Source: a virus (lineage: Duplodnaviria > Caudoviricetes). From it: a DNA stretch of 54,522 bases. Of the stretch, positions 37,472 through 47,374 are shown one piece after another (within the stretch, counting starts at the first letter, position 1; each line of letters begins with the position of its first letter). The notes under the pieces were generated by a model. That model was given only the letters and a program-made list of their open reading frames with translations. It was not told where the DNA came from and did not search any database. The DNA lies in the IMG/VR virus record IMGVR_UViG_3300025000_001274, positions 1-54,522 of that record; one strand, written 5' to 3'. The position numbers and the translations under genes were made by a program.

Positions 37472-37645
37472 ATGAAAAAGATCGACCTATTTATACTATT
37501 CGGAGCAGGATTAATGACATTTGCATCTATCTTTAATTATCTTACTGGAGATTATGCTTGGGCATTAATTCAATTTAAAATTACATTGGGGTTTGGAGTT
37601 GTAGCGTTTCTAAGAAATAGGAATATTAAAAATAAGTGGTGTTGA
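37472..37645 (+). CDS. Small membrane protein, 57 aa (not in ORF track)
   Basis: RBS AAGGAGTGA; MKKIDLFILFGAGLMTFASIF..; two hydrophobic segments. Confidence 0.55.
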   Translation: MKKIDLFILFGAGLMTFASIFNYLTGDYAWALIQFKITLGFGVVAFLRNRNIKNKWC

Positions 37646-37680
37646 GAATTTAAGTTGGAATAAGGAAGGATGAAAAATAA

Positions 37681-38286
37681 ATGAGAAAAGTAGAAATGAT
37701 TGTAACAAACGAAGAACAATTAAAAAATCCAGCAGTAGTATATTCTATAATTACACAATGGATGCGTGAAGCAGGAGAAGATTTTGTAGATACTAATGAA
37801 AGTTTTATTAAAGGTGAAGAAATACTTGATTGGATGCTTAATAAAAATTATTGCACTAAAGAAAAATATGACTATATTATTGAAAATGATGAGACTTGGA
37901 TACAGGATTTGTTGTTAGGATATGAAACTGGATTGTTAAATGGAGAAAGTTTTCCTTCTGGTAATAAAGCATATCAAATTATTTCTGAATACATATCAGA
38001 ATCAAAAGAATTACGAGAGAGATTTATCTATTACTTTTGTACAAGTTTTAGTGAAAAGAAGGGAGATGAAAGTAGAGGTGGTATGAGTGGGAGTTATGAT
38101 GCAGAAGATGGATTTTCAATTTGTTCTCATATATTAGAAATTGATTTGCAAACAAATACCATGACAAAAGAAGAATGGTTAGATCAGAAATGGTATGCCG
38201 ATATTTCATTTACTGATGAATATAATTACTTAAAAGAAATGAGTTTTGAAGAAGCAGATAAATTAAGTGAAGAATTAGATGGCTAG
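37681..38286 (+). CDS. Hypothetical acidic protein
   Basis: ORF. Confidence 0.6.
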   Translation: MRKVEMIVTNEEQLKNPAVVYSIITQWMREAGEDFVDTNESFIKGEEILDWMLNKNYCTKEKYDYIIENDETWIQDLLLGYETGLLNGESFPSGNKAYQIISEYISESKELRERFIYYFCTSFSEKKGDESRGGMSGSYDAEDGFSICSHILEIDLQTNTMTKEEWLDQKWYADISFTDEYNYLKEMSFEEADKLSEELDG

Positions 38287-38587
38287 AAAGGAGATAAATA
38301 ATATGGTAGTATCATGTAGATATGATGATATTGATGTTCAAATAATCAAAATTTACAAAATACAGACTGAAAGAACTTTAAATGGAAGAACTGTAGTTCA
38401 AGGAACAATTGAGGTAAAACCAGACGATGAAGAAAGTTTTATTGAAGATTTCATTTATAAAGGTAAATCTGAAGAACCTAAATCAAAAATCATTGAGTAT
38501 ACGAGGCAAATTGGAATTGAAGTATATAAAAGCAGATTAAAGAAACAAGAACAAACATTGTTAGCCTATGTGAATAGTTTTCAGTGA
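38279..38587 (+). CDS. Hypothetical protein
   Basis: ORF overlapping upstream stop. Confidence 0.55.
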   Translation: MARKEINNMVVSCRYDDIDVQIIKIYKIQTERTLNGRTVVQGTIEVKPDDEESFIEDFIYKGKSEEPKSKIIEYTRQIGIEVYKSRLKKQEQTLLAYVNSFQ

Positions 38588-38624
38588 AAATAATTGATTA
38601 TATAATTGAAAAGGAAGTGTAAAT

Positions 38625-39002
38625 ATGTTAACATCAACAATCGTAATTTCTGGTTTAGTTTTCTTAGGTGTAGGAGGGTTCTTTGTATATTCCAAATTCA
38701 AAAATAAGAAATCTAAAATCGAAAAAGAAATTGTCATTCCATATACTAGACCAACACAAGAAAGAATTCAATTTTCTAAAGTCAGTGACAATATTAAAAC
38801 TACGCCAATTTCCACATCAACTACAAAACAAACAAAAACACCTTCAAAAACTATTCATAGTCATAATACATATAATGATGATCTTTATCCTATATATCAT
38901 GATTATGGAAGTAATTCTCATAACAGTTCACATGATTCTCATAGTTCTTATGACTCTGGTAGTAGTGACTCAGGGAATTGTGATTGTGGAGGGTGTGATT
39001 GA
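38625..39002 (+). CDS. Membrane-anchored protein with low-complexity H/S/D/G tail
   Basis: N-terminal TM; tail HDSHSSYDSGSSDSGNCDCGGCD. Confidence 0.6.
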   Translation: MLTSTIVISGLVFLGVGGFFVYSKFKNKKSKIEKEIVIPYTRPTQERIQFSKVSDNIKTTPISTSTTKQTKTPSKTIHSHNTYNDDLYPIYHDYGSNSHNSSHDSHSSYDSGSSDSGNCDCGGCD

Positions 39003-39193
39003 TGGCAAGATTTACAGATGAAGATATGAAAAAATATACTCTTATTAAAACTAAAGATAAAAAAGGTTGTACAATGTGCTATAACCATACAGAATATATT
39101 GATTATATTTGTGAAGGTAGAATGTGTAGTACTGAATGTTCAGAAGCATTTTATAAAATAATGGATCAATCGTCATGTGTTGATGAAATGTAG
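38999..39193 (+). CDS. Small Zn-finger protein
   Basis: CTMC..CSTEC. Confidence 0.55.
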   Translation: MMARFTDEDMKKYTLIKTKDKKGCTMCYNHTEYIDYICEGRMCSTECSEAFYKIMDQSSCVDEM

Positions 39194-39226
39194 AAATTAC
39201 AGGATTATAGAAAGAAGGAGTTAATT

Positions 39227-39514
39227 ATGGGATATACAACAAAATTTAATATTGGTGACATTGTATGGTTTGTGGAAGAAGAAATGGTATATGAAAACAA
39301 CTGTCCATGTTGTAATGGAAGATTGCCTAATTCTAAGGTAATGAAGTTTCATAAAACTACAGTTAAAGAAATATTTATTGGGAATGGATATAATAAACCA
39401 TACGAACAATATAATTTAACATATCCACGCAGTCTTTCTGCGAGCAAACTCTATGCAACTAAAAATGAGGCAGAAGAATCAATCAAAGCTTTAGATTATA
39501 AAGGAGAGATATAA
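39227..39514 (+). CDS. Hypothetical SH3-like protein with CPCC
   Basis: TKFNIGDIVWF..CPCCNG..YATKNEAE. Confidence 0.6.
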   Translation: MGYTTKFNIGDIVWFVEEEMVYENNCPCCNGRLPNSKVMKFHKTTVKEIFIGNGYNKPYEQYNLTYPRSLSASKLYATKNEAEESIKALDYKGEI

Positions 39515-39516
39515 AA

Positions 39517-39921
39517 TTGAAAAATAAAAAGTTAATTGCAGGTCTTTTGTGTATAGGATTATTATCAATCCCTTTAACTGGCTGTGGTCAAACTGAAGCA
39601 GATAAAGTATCTTACAATTTATCATTAGAGGCAGATAATTTCAATGTTGTGCGTCAACTTACAGTAATTAATTGTATTACAAGTGATGTATTGTTTCAAA
39701 TGACAGGAAGAATATCTATTAAAGCTGATAAAGAAGATAACCAACTCGAAGTAACAGTAGAAGACGAAAATGGTAATTATCAAAAACATTTTGTAGGCTT
39801 ATCAGATAATGTAACATATGTTGTTGAGCAATTGAGAAGTAAGAATGTTGATAAGTATAAATATACATTGAACTATAATCCTAAAATGTGGATTCCGATT
39901 GGTGTGGATAAGATTGATTAG
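39517..39921 (+). CDS. Phage lipoprotein
   Basis: Lipobox LTGC; EADKVSYNLSLEADNFNVVRQLTVIN. Confidence 0.75.
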   Translation: MKNKKLIAGLLCIGLLSIPLTGCGQTEADKVSYNLSLEADNFNVVRQLTVINCITSDVLFQMTGRISIKADKEDNQLEVTVEDENGNYQKHFVGLSDNVTYVVEQLRSKNVDKYKYTLNYNPKMWIPIGVDKID

Positions 39922-39958
39922 TAAAAGAAAATGTAATTAAGAAAGGAAGAAAATATTA

Positions 39959-40462
39959 ATGACAGGTCAAGAACAAAAAACTATAGATAAATTATATCAA
40001 TTAATGTCAGATATCCAAAAAGAGAATAATGAATTCAGGAAACAAGTAAATGATCTCACAACTAAAATGAATACAAAAGTAGAAACCAAACATCTTCCGA
40101 TTACTTTAGAGCAAGATATCTTATCAATAGCACAACAATCAATTCAAAAAGCAATCCAAGAATCTATGACTAAATATGATAGTCCTTTAATTAAACTTGT
40201 TTCTTCAGTGATAAATGAACATTCAATAGAGTTGAGAAAAATTATTTCAGATAGTTTTAATGAAGTAATCAAGAAAGAAGATTTTAAGCAATCAATTATA
40301 GCAGGATTTTCACATAAAGTTGCTAGAAGTATTATCAGTAATAATGATGGATTATTTGATAAAGTGAGCAATGAGTTGAAACAAGATGCAGTATTTAAAT
40401 CTAAGATGGCATTAGCTGTAGCAAATGTTGTAAATGAGTGTTTAGAAGGAAGGAGTAAATAA
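39959..40462 (+). CDS. Hypothetical helical protein
   Basis: ORF. Confidence 0.6.
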   Translation: MTGQEQKTIDKLYQLMSDIQKENNEFRKQVNDLTTKMNTKVETKHLPITLEQDILSIAQQSIQKAIQESMTKYDSPLIKLVSSVINEHSIELRKIISDSFNEVIKKEDFKQSIIAGFSHKVARSIISNNDGLFDKVSNELKQDAVFKSKMALAVANVVNECLEGRSK

Positions 40463-40463
40463 A

Positions 40464-40692
40464 TTGAGTTCATTCAGAAAAGAATTTAATACATATACTT
40501 TAGAAGAATTAAAAGATAATGATTTTGGTTTTACTCTTAATGATTCATTTGTTACAGAAGATGAAGTTAAAAGTATACTTGATTCAATAGAAGCAGGTGT
40601 AAATAAAGGAAGGATTAGAGAATATCAAAGAATTGACAGAAATTGATGACATTTATACTATAGTAAAAGTGTTATCTAATAAATTATATTGA
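40464..40692 (+). pseudogene. Hypothetical gene, probably frameshifted near 40610
   Basis: Alternative frame GLENIKELTEIDDIYTIVKVLSNKLY* ends at TGA 40690-92, coinciding with an intergenic core motif. Confidence 0.4.
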
Positions 40693-40752
40693 AAGGATAT
40701 TTTCATCAGGTTATAAAGATGGATAAAATTTATTAAATACTAAAATAAAATA

Positions 40753-40781
40753 TTGACATATGATTTTGAAAATGTTATACT
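40753..40781 (+). promoter_or_regulatory. SigA-type promoter
   Basis: TTGACA-N17-TATACT with TGn and A-rich UP element. Confidence 0.8.
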
Positions 40782-40829
40782 AAGTATGTGGTTAGTTATG
40801 TGAAATAAATAATGAATCGAGGTGAGAAA

Positions 40830-41084
40830 ATGGCAGATTTAGTAGTTGGTAGATCAGAAGGAGTTGCTTATGCAAATAATAATCTTACATATAATCAGTT
40901 TAGGCAACCTATTAAACCAATAATGAAACATCCTGAAACACATTTTATTGATCTTATGGTTAATGAAATTAAAGAAGCAAAAAGTGATACGGATATTAAA
41001 AATATTCTATATCAAGTATATATTACAACTCAAATTGATTCTATGATTAGGAATGAGTTTGATTGTTATAAAGGTAATAAATAA
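40830..41084 (+). CDS. Hypothetical protein
   Basis: RBS GAGGTGA. Confidence 0.55.
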   Translation: MADLVVGRSEGVAYANNNLTYNQFRQPIKPIMKHPETHFIDLMVNEIKEAKSDTDIKNILYQVYITTQIDSMIRNEFDCYKGNK

Positions 41085-41104
41085 AATACAATTGAGGTGA
41101 GAAA

Positions 41105-41503
41105 GTGAAAGTTAAATTATCAAATTTCACGGATATTTTTAAAAACATGCAAACTAAATTTCCAATTGAAAAATGCATAGAAAAAGACAAGAAAGAAGAA
41201 GCAATATATAATTCTATAAATAAATATATCTGTTTAGTTATAGACAAAAGGTTTAAAGATATAATGGAACTAAAAATTATGACTCCTTACATATGGGTAG
41301 GAAACGAATCAAGATACTCAGGGCATGAAGATTTCAAAGACTTTATTGGTTATGGATGGATTAATGAAGATGGTTATTATATTGATAATTTTGAGAATCC
41401 AATACATGTTATCGATGATGAAATTGTAATAGGATTTGTGCCATATGAAGATAAAAATAGCGACGATCTAAAATTATGGGATGTTGTAAGAGAAGAAGAT
41501 TAG
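41105..41503 (+). CDS. Hypothetical protein
   Basis: RBS GAGGTGA, GTG start. Confidence 0.55.
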   Translation: MKVKLSNFTDIFKNMQTKFPIEKCIEKDKKEEAIYNSINKYICLVIDKRFKDIMELKIMTPYIWVGNESRYSGHEDFKDFIGYGWINEDGYYIDNFENPIHVIDDEIVIGFVPYEDKNSDDLKLWDVVREED

Positions 41504-41541
41504 TAAATATTTTACATAAGAATCGAGGTGATTACATATAA

Positions 41542-42111
41542 TTGGATTTTAACAGACCAAAGAACGAAACAGAAACACATTTTCTACTAAAAGAAATATC
41601 TAAATATATTCTATTCGGTTGGGGTTACAAAATAATAGCTACTGAGGTAGGTGGCATGTGGGACTTAGATATTGGTAAAAAGAGAAAAGAAATCATTGAT
41701 TGTGTAGGAATTAAAAAGGTTAGAATAGCACCAAGAAAGTTTCATTATGATATTAAAGGAATTGAAGCAAAAGCAACTCTGAGTGATTTTAAGAATGGAT
41801 TTTGTTGTGCAAGTGCCTATACATATATCATAAGTACTGTTAATACTATTCCTATTGAATTAATACCAAAAGATATTGGATTGATTGAGGTGAATATTGA
41901 TAACTTTGAGTTAAAGAAGTATTCACAAAAGATATCTGATATAAAAGGAGTTGAACTGGTTAAAAGAGCAAAGAAGCGAATTGATTCAAGATTTAAATCA
42001 GAAGAAGTATATCGCAAATGGTGTGAAAAGTGTTTAGAAAGGGTTGCTTATAGAAGTAGTTCAGAGTTGTTGTTCTGGAGAAACTTTATTGAGTTTAGTG
42101 GTAAGAAATAA
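41542..42111 (+). CDS. PD-(D/E)XK restriction-endonuclease-like protein (MmcB-like)
   Basis: ETETHFLLK..ATEV..IDCVG..IEAKATLSDFKNG..IPKDIGLI. Confidence 0.6.
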   Translation: MDFNRPKNETETHFLLKEISKYILFGWGYKIIATEVGGMWDLDIGKKRKEIIDCVGIKKVRIAPRKFHYDIKGIEAKATLSDFKNGFCCASAYTYIISTVNTIPIELIPKDIGLIEVNIDNFELKKYSQKISDIKGVELVKRAKKRIDSRFKSEEVYRKWCEKCLERVAYRSSSELLFWRNFIEFSGKK

Positions 42112-42135
42112 AATATAAGAAAGAGGTAGAAAATT

Positions 42136-42759
42136 ATGAAAAACAATTTAACTGAAATCGTCTTTATCCTTGACAGAAGTGGTTCTATGTCTCGATTAGT
42201 AGAAGATACAATTGGAGGATTTAACTCATTCATTGAAACTCAAAAGAAAGAAGTCGGAGAAGCAGTTTTAACCACAATCCTATTTGATGATCAATATGAA
42301 ATTTTACACAATGGAGTAGATATTAAAAACGTTAAACCAATGACTACAAAAGAATATTCAGCAAGGGGTATGACAGCTTTATTAGATGCAATTGGTAAAA
42401 CAATTAATAATGTAGGAGATAGACTTAACAAAACAGATGATAAAGATAAACCAAGTAAAGTAATTTTTGTTATTACTACTGATGGTCAAGAAAATACAAG
42501 TAAAGAATTTAAACAATCACAAATTAAAGAAATGATTGAACATCAAACTAATACTTACAATTGGCAGTTTTTATTCTTAGGTGCAAATATTGACGCAGTA
42601 GGAACTGCTCAAAGTTTTGGTATTAAGGGGCAATTTGCTTCAAATTATACTGCCAATAGTGTTGGAACTGATTCTTTATATACTAGTTTAAGTAGAGGAA
42701 TTAGTGATTATAGAGGTAAGGGAGTTATGGAAAGTAATTGGAATTCAGATATCAAATAA
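42136..42759 (+). CDS. von Willebrand factor A domain protein
   Basis: ILDRSGSM, GMTALLDAIG, ITTDGQEN MIDAS. Confidence 0.9.
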   Translation: MKNNLTEIVFILDRSGSMSRLVEDTIGGFNSFIETQKKEVGEAVLTTILFDDQYEILHNGVDIKNVKPMTTKEYSARGMTALLDAIGKTINNVGDRLNKTDDKDKPSKVIFVITTDGQENTSKEFKQSQIKEMIEHQTNTYNWQFLFLGANIDAVGTAQSFGIKGQFASNYTANSVGTDSLYTSLSRGISDYRGKGVMESNWNSDIK

Positions 42760-42795
42760 TAGAATTAGTAAGTTATTAAAAGGATGTGATATAAT

Positions 42796-44010
42796 ATATT
42801 AGTTAATAGAACCGAACAACATCAAATTAATAAAAATCATCCCATGTTTAAATTGGTTGACGAATTTTGCTTTCGATCAAAAAATCTTTACAATGTTGCG
42901 AATTATATTATCCGTCAAGAGTTTATCAATAACCATAACTATATTAAGTATAGAGAAATGGATAAAATACTACAGCAAACAAAAGAATATAAGGCATTAA
43001 TGTCTCAATCATCTCAATGTCTATTACAAGTGTTAGATAGGAGTTGGAAATCATTTTTCGCATCTATTAAAGATTGGACTCAACATCCAGAAAAATATTT
43101 AGGGAAACCTAAAATACCAAAATATAAAAAGAAAGGAGGTGTATTTGCATGGTTTCTGAAAAATAATCAAACTTATATTAAAGATGAGTATCTTTGTTTT
43201 AGGTTGAAAGTATTTAATGGTTATAAATTTAAAACCAATGTTAGAGGCAGATTAATTTCAGTCAGATTTGTACCAAGGGGAAGTGTTTATGTTTTAGAAA
43301 TTGTTTATGAGGTGGAAGTTTCTGAAAATATCCCTGAAATTAAAAATATTTGTAGTATTGATTTAGGAGTTAATAACTTTGTAACTATGGTAAATAATAT
43401 TGGGTTACAACCAATTATTATTAATGGCAAAGGGTTAAAATCTATTAATCAACACTATAATAAACAAAGAGCAAAATTGCAATCCGAACTAGAAATACGA
43501 CACAATCAACATTGGAGTAATAAATTAAATGCCATTACACTCAAAAGAGGAAATAAGATTAAAAATATTATTCACCATACAAGTCATTACATAATTAAAT
43601 ACTGTAACAAAAATAATATTAATACATTGGTTATTGGGTTAAATAAAACATGGAAACAAAATTGCAAATTAAATGGATCAACCACACAAAATTTCGTTTC
43701 CATTCCTTATAATATGTTGATTAAACAATTGACGTATAAATGCCAAGATAATGGAATTAGGTTGATAATGAATGAAGAGAGTTATACAAGTGGCACATCA
43801 TTTTTAGATAGTGAAACCCCAGAAAAACAAAACTATGATAAATCTAGAAGAGTATATAGAGGTTTATTTAAATCTAATAATGGTCAGTTAATTAACAGTG
43901 ATGTAAATGGATCATTTCAAATTATGAAGAAGGTATTTCCAAACGCTTTTGCTGATGGAATAAAGGGGTGCCTAACCCCTGTGATTATAAATGTAGTGAA
44001 AACTGCATGA
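42796..44010 (+). mobile_element. tnpB: TnpB-family RNA-guided nuclease gene (IS200/IS605-like), no tnpA nearby
   Basis: KNLYN, SIDLGVNN (RuvC-I), EESYTS, INSDVNG (RuvC-III); frame open upstream of ATG 42844 to a possible ATA at 42796. Confidence 0.85.
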
Positions 44011-44093
44011 GTTATCAGGAACGGAATAGAAAAATTCCGATAGAAGTGGAATTTTAAGTGGTTTGGTTTGTTAGAAGTAAGAAATAAAATTTG

Positions 44094-44122
44094 TTGACAT
44101 GGTTTTAGTTGTGTGGTATAAT
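44094..44122 (+). promoter_or_regulatory. SigA-type promoter of replication operon
   Basis: TTGACA-N17-TATAAT with TGn and UP element. Confidence 0.85.
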
Positions 44123-44153
44123 TATTAAGTGGAGTTATTGAAAGGAGTAGCGA

Positions 44154-44729
44154 GTGGATAGATTAAATATTTTCGAAATAGAACTATCATACATAAAAAA
44201 TCCTAAGATCAAAGAATTTACAGAAAAGGCATTAAATAACTTACCAGAATATTTCTTTTCAATTCCTGCATCATCTTCAGGTAAATATCACCCTCAATAT
44301 GCTTTGGGAGAAGGAGGTTTGGTAAAACACACACAAGCAGCAGTTAGAATTGCAGTAGAAATGTTTAGATTAGATATTTTTAAGTATACAGAAGATGATA
44401 AAGACATAATTATAGCGTCTTTAATATTACATGATGGTTGTAAATCAGGATTAGATAATAGTTCTCATACCGTCACAGAACATCCATTAATTGTTACTAA
44501 TATGCTTAAGACAAATCAAGAAATAAATAGTTGTGTAGATGATAATACTTTGAACATGATTGTTGGTAATATTGAATCACATATGGGCCAATGGTGCTTT
44601 GATTATAAAACAAAGAAGAAAATAATGCCTACTCCAAAAAGCAAAATACAACATTTTGTACATTGGTGTGATTATTTAGCTAGTAGAAAATGCTTAGAAT
44701 TCAATTTCGATGTTAAGGTTGTAAGATAA
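44154..44729 (+). CDS. HD-domain phosphohydrolase
   Basis: PASSSGKYHP..GGLVKHT..LILHDGCK..ESHMG..VHWCDYLAS. Confidence 0.88.
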   Translation: MDRLNIFEIELSYIKNPKIKEFTEKALNNLPEYFFSIPASSSGKYHPQYALGEGGLVKHTQAAVRIAVEMFRLDIFKYTEDDKDIIIASLILHDGCKSGLDNSSHTVTEHPLIVTNMLKTNQEINSCVDDNTLNMIVGNIESHMGQWCFDYKTKKKIMPTPKSKIQHFVHWCDYLASRKCLEFNFDVKVVR

Positions 44730-44886
44730 AATAATAATAGAAAGGAAAGATGTTTATTAAAACAAAAGCATGGGGTCAAGTTCCTATCTGTAGAAGCAAA
44801 CCACCTCCTTCTTTCAATATATTTTAAAAGATCATGTGCATTAAGTAATAAAATAAAATAAAATATTGAAAGAAGGAATACATATA

Positions 44887-46083
44887 ATGGCAAAGAAAGA
44901 AGATAAAAAACAACTTAAAAAAGGACAATCGTTATTTCAATTAATTGGAGAAGCAAAAATTACTGATTTCACATTTAAGATGGACGAAACCACAAAGAAA
45001 TCAGATTGGGTTTGGAATCAACTAAATCTTGGAGTGGATTGCGGTGGTGGAAATGTTGTTTATGCTGATTTAATGGGTGGTTATGGTTCTGAAAGAGATA
45101 ATATTCTCTATGTCCATGGTCAAAAAGAAAATGATAAAGGTAAAATAATTGATGATTTTGGTAATCAATATACAATTGCATGGGAAGATAGGTTTGACGA
45201 TGATATTCTTAAAACAATTGGAGATCAATGTTTTATTACTATCGGACTTGAAAAAGACGATAAAGAAAAAACATTTCCTAAAAAGTTTTTGTCTGCCTAT
45301 GATGCTATTGAATATGTTCAAGAACATCTCAAAGAAGGAATGGTTGTTAATGTTAAAGGTGGATTTGTATTCAAAATATATAATGACTCAACTACAGTAA
45401 CAAAAGAAATAAAGAGTATATTTTTATCTAAAGTAGATGATGTGTCTAAATACAAAGCAACATTTACACAATCAATTCTTCTTGATAAAGACAGTGTTGG
45501 AAAACTAGATAAAGAAAAAGCTATTTACCCTATTTACGCAAGAGTTATTGACTATACAAAAGAATACAATGGTAAAGTAGTTAAACAAAATATAACCTTT
45601 AAGAAAACATTTGAACTCGAAGTAGATAAGATTAAACCTGAAAATACTAAAAAATTTATTGATAAAGTATTAAAGGTAAAAAAAGATATTACAGAAGTTG
45701 TTATTGACGGTGATATTGTAGAAGGACAGTCTTTAGTTAATATTACAGAAGCAGATATCCCCGAAGATATTATGGATCTTATTGAAATGGGAGCTTATAC
45801 TATGGAAGAGGCAATAAATAAACTTGCCGTTGGTGGTAGTAAAGAAAAGAAAATGGTAATTAGAAAACCAGCTATTAAAATGGTTGGCGAGGAAGATAAT
45901 AAAAAACCTGTAATTCTTAAAACAGAGGGTCAATATAAAGAAGAAGATTTCTTTTTTGACTTTATGATTGAAGATAAAGAAGAGGAGGAAGAAGATTTAG
46001 AAACTACTGATACAGAAGATTCTGATGAAAATGAAGATGCTACAGAAGATACATCTTGGATGGATGCACTAGACGAAGAATAA
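44887..46083 (+). CDS. Putative ssDNA-binding replication protein (SPbeta YorF-like position)
   Basis: OB-like VNVKG segments, long acidic C-terminal tail, first gene of replication cluster. Confidence 0.55.
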   Translation: MAKKEDKKQLKKGQSLFQLIGEAKITDFTFKMDETTKKSDWVWNQLNLGVDCGGGNVVYADLMGGYGSERDNILYVHGQKENDKGKIIDDFGNQYTIAWEDRFDDDILKTIGDQCFITIGLEKDDKEKTFPKKFLSAYDAIEYVQEHLKEGMVVNVKGGFVFKIYNDSTTVTKEIKSIFLSKVDDVSKYKATFTQSILLDKDSVGKLDKEKAIYPIYARVIDYTKEYNGKVVKQNITFKKTFELEVDKIKPENTKKFIDKVLKVKKDITEVVIDGDIVEGQSLVNITEADIPEDIMDLIEMGAYTMEEAINKLAVGGSKEKKMVIRKPAIKMVGEEDNKKPVILKTEGQYKEEDFFFDFMIEDKEEEEEDLETTDTEDSDENEDATEDTSWMDALDEE

Positions 46084-46101
46084 TAATTATTCTTTGATAG
46101 T

Positions 46102-46129
46102 TAGGGGTAAGGATCTATTCTTACCCCTA
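46102..46129 (+). terminator. Intergenic hairpin
   Basis: TAGGGGTAAG / CTTACCCCTA 10-bp stem; weak U-tract. Confidence 0.45.
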
Positions 46130-46175
46130 GATAATAAAAATAGTATAATAAATTAATCGAAAGAAGGAATTTTAG

Positions 46176-47312
46176 TTGGCAGAAAGAAAATATGGTAAAA
46201 AGAATGTAATCAAAGTAGATCCATTGGCTTATAACTTGGGATTAATTGGAGAAAGTGGAATTGGCAAAACAACTCTAGCAAAAGAAGTATGTGAGCAACT
46301 TGTAGGCGAAGACGGATACATGATTTTTAATATTGGTAAAGAAGATGGTATTGATGCCATTGCTGGAGCTATATATGAAGATATCCCTGACTGGGATGCT
46401 TTTGAAGAAGTAACTGATGATATATTAGAGAATAAACTTACAGATTATAAAGATTTAAAAGTTATTATCTATGATACATTAGACGAATTGTTTGAAATTG
46501 CCGAACCAGAAGTAATTAGATTACATAATAAAGAAAATCCAGAAAAACCAACTCAATCTATTAAAGCAACTTTCGGTGGATATATGGCCGGAGAAGACAA
46601 GGCCGCTGAAATTATCTTAACTAGAATGTGGGAGCTTAAGAAAATAGGAATTAGTATGTTTATTATTGGTCATACAAAAAAGAGAACTATGACAGATGTG
46701 GCAACTGGTCTTGAATATGATATGTTAACTACTAATATGTCTCATAGATATTTTAGTGCGTTAAAGACAAAATTACATGTACTGGGTGTAGCATCTATCG
46801 ATAGAGAAATTACACAAACAAAAACAGGAAGAAAAGTAGGAAAAGGTAAAGATAGAAAAGACGAAATAAAAGGATCTATTGAAAATGAAACAAGAAAGAT
46901 TACTTTTAGAGATGATAATTTTAATATTGATTCTAAGTCAAGATTTTCTGAAATTACGGACTCAATACTTTTTAGTCCAGAAGAATTTATAAAAGCAGTT
47001 GAGGAAGCAATTAAAATTGAACATGATAAGCAAGCAGGAATAAAATCTATTGAAGATACTAAGATAGAACAAGCAGTAGAAAAAGAAAAAATTGATGAAA
47101 TCAACGCAATTGACAAAAAAGCAGAATTCGAAACAAAAGAAGTAGAACAACTTGTAGCAATGATCACTGGTTTTGTAAAAACAAATAAAACAAATCCAGA
47201 AAAATTAAAACCGCTACTTTTAAAAAGTAAAGAGTTAGGATATGTAAATCCTACAAAAGTTGATAACTTAGAACATGCAAATATTTTGTTCGATTTAATA
47301 GACGGAAAATAA
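46176..47312 (+). CDS. AAA_24/Sak4-like ATPase (YorG-like)
   Basis: GESGIGKTT Walker A, IIYDT Walker B, FIIGHTK. Confidence 0.8.
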   Translation: MAERKYGKKNVIKVDPLAYNLGLIGESGIGKTTLAKEVCEQLVGEDGYMIFNIGKEDGIDAIAGAIYEDIPDWDAFEEVTDDILENKLTDYKDLKVIIYDTLDELFEIAEPEVIRLHNKENPEKPTQSIKATFGGYMAGEDKAAEIILTRMWELKKIGISMFIIGHTKKRTMTDVATGLEYDMLTTNMSHRYFSALKTKLHVLGVASIDREITQTKTGRKVGKGKDRKDEIKGSIENETRKITFRDDNFNIDSKSRFSEITDSILFSPEEFIKAVEEAIKIEHDKQAGIKSIEDTKIEQAVEKEKIDEINAIDKKAEFETKEVEQLVAMITGFVKTNKTNPEKLKPLLLKSKELGYVNPTKVDNLEHANILFDLIDGK

Positions 47313-47374
47313 ATATAAATAATGGGAGGGAATTAATTTTTCCTCCCTGTACGTTTAAAGGAGATAAAATATTT

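Noticed and set aside
16343-44056. CRISPR array or classical integron attC sites as the explanation of the intergenic repeats
   Set aside because: Repeats are short, degenerate and separated by whole genes; no cas genes, no RYYYAAC/GTTRRRY boxes and no IntI seen.
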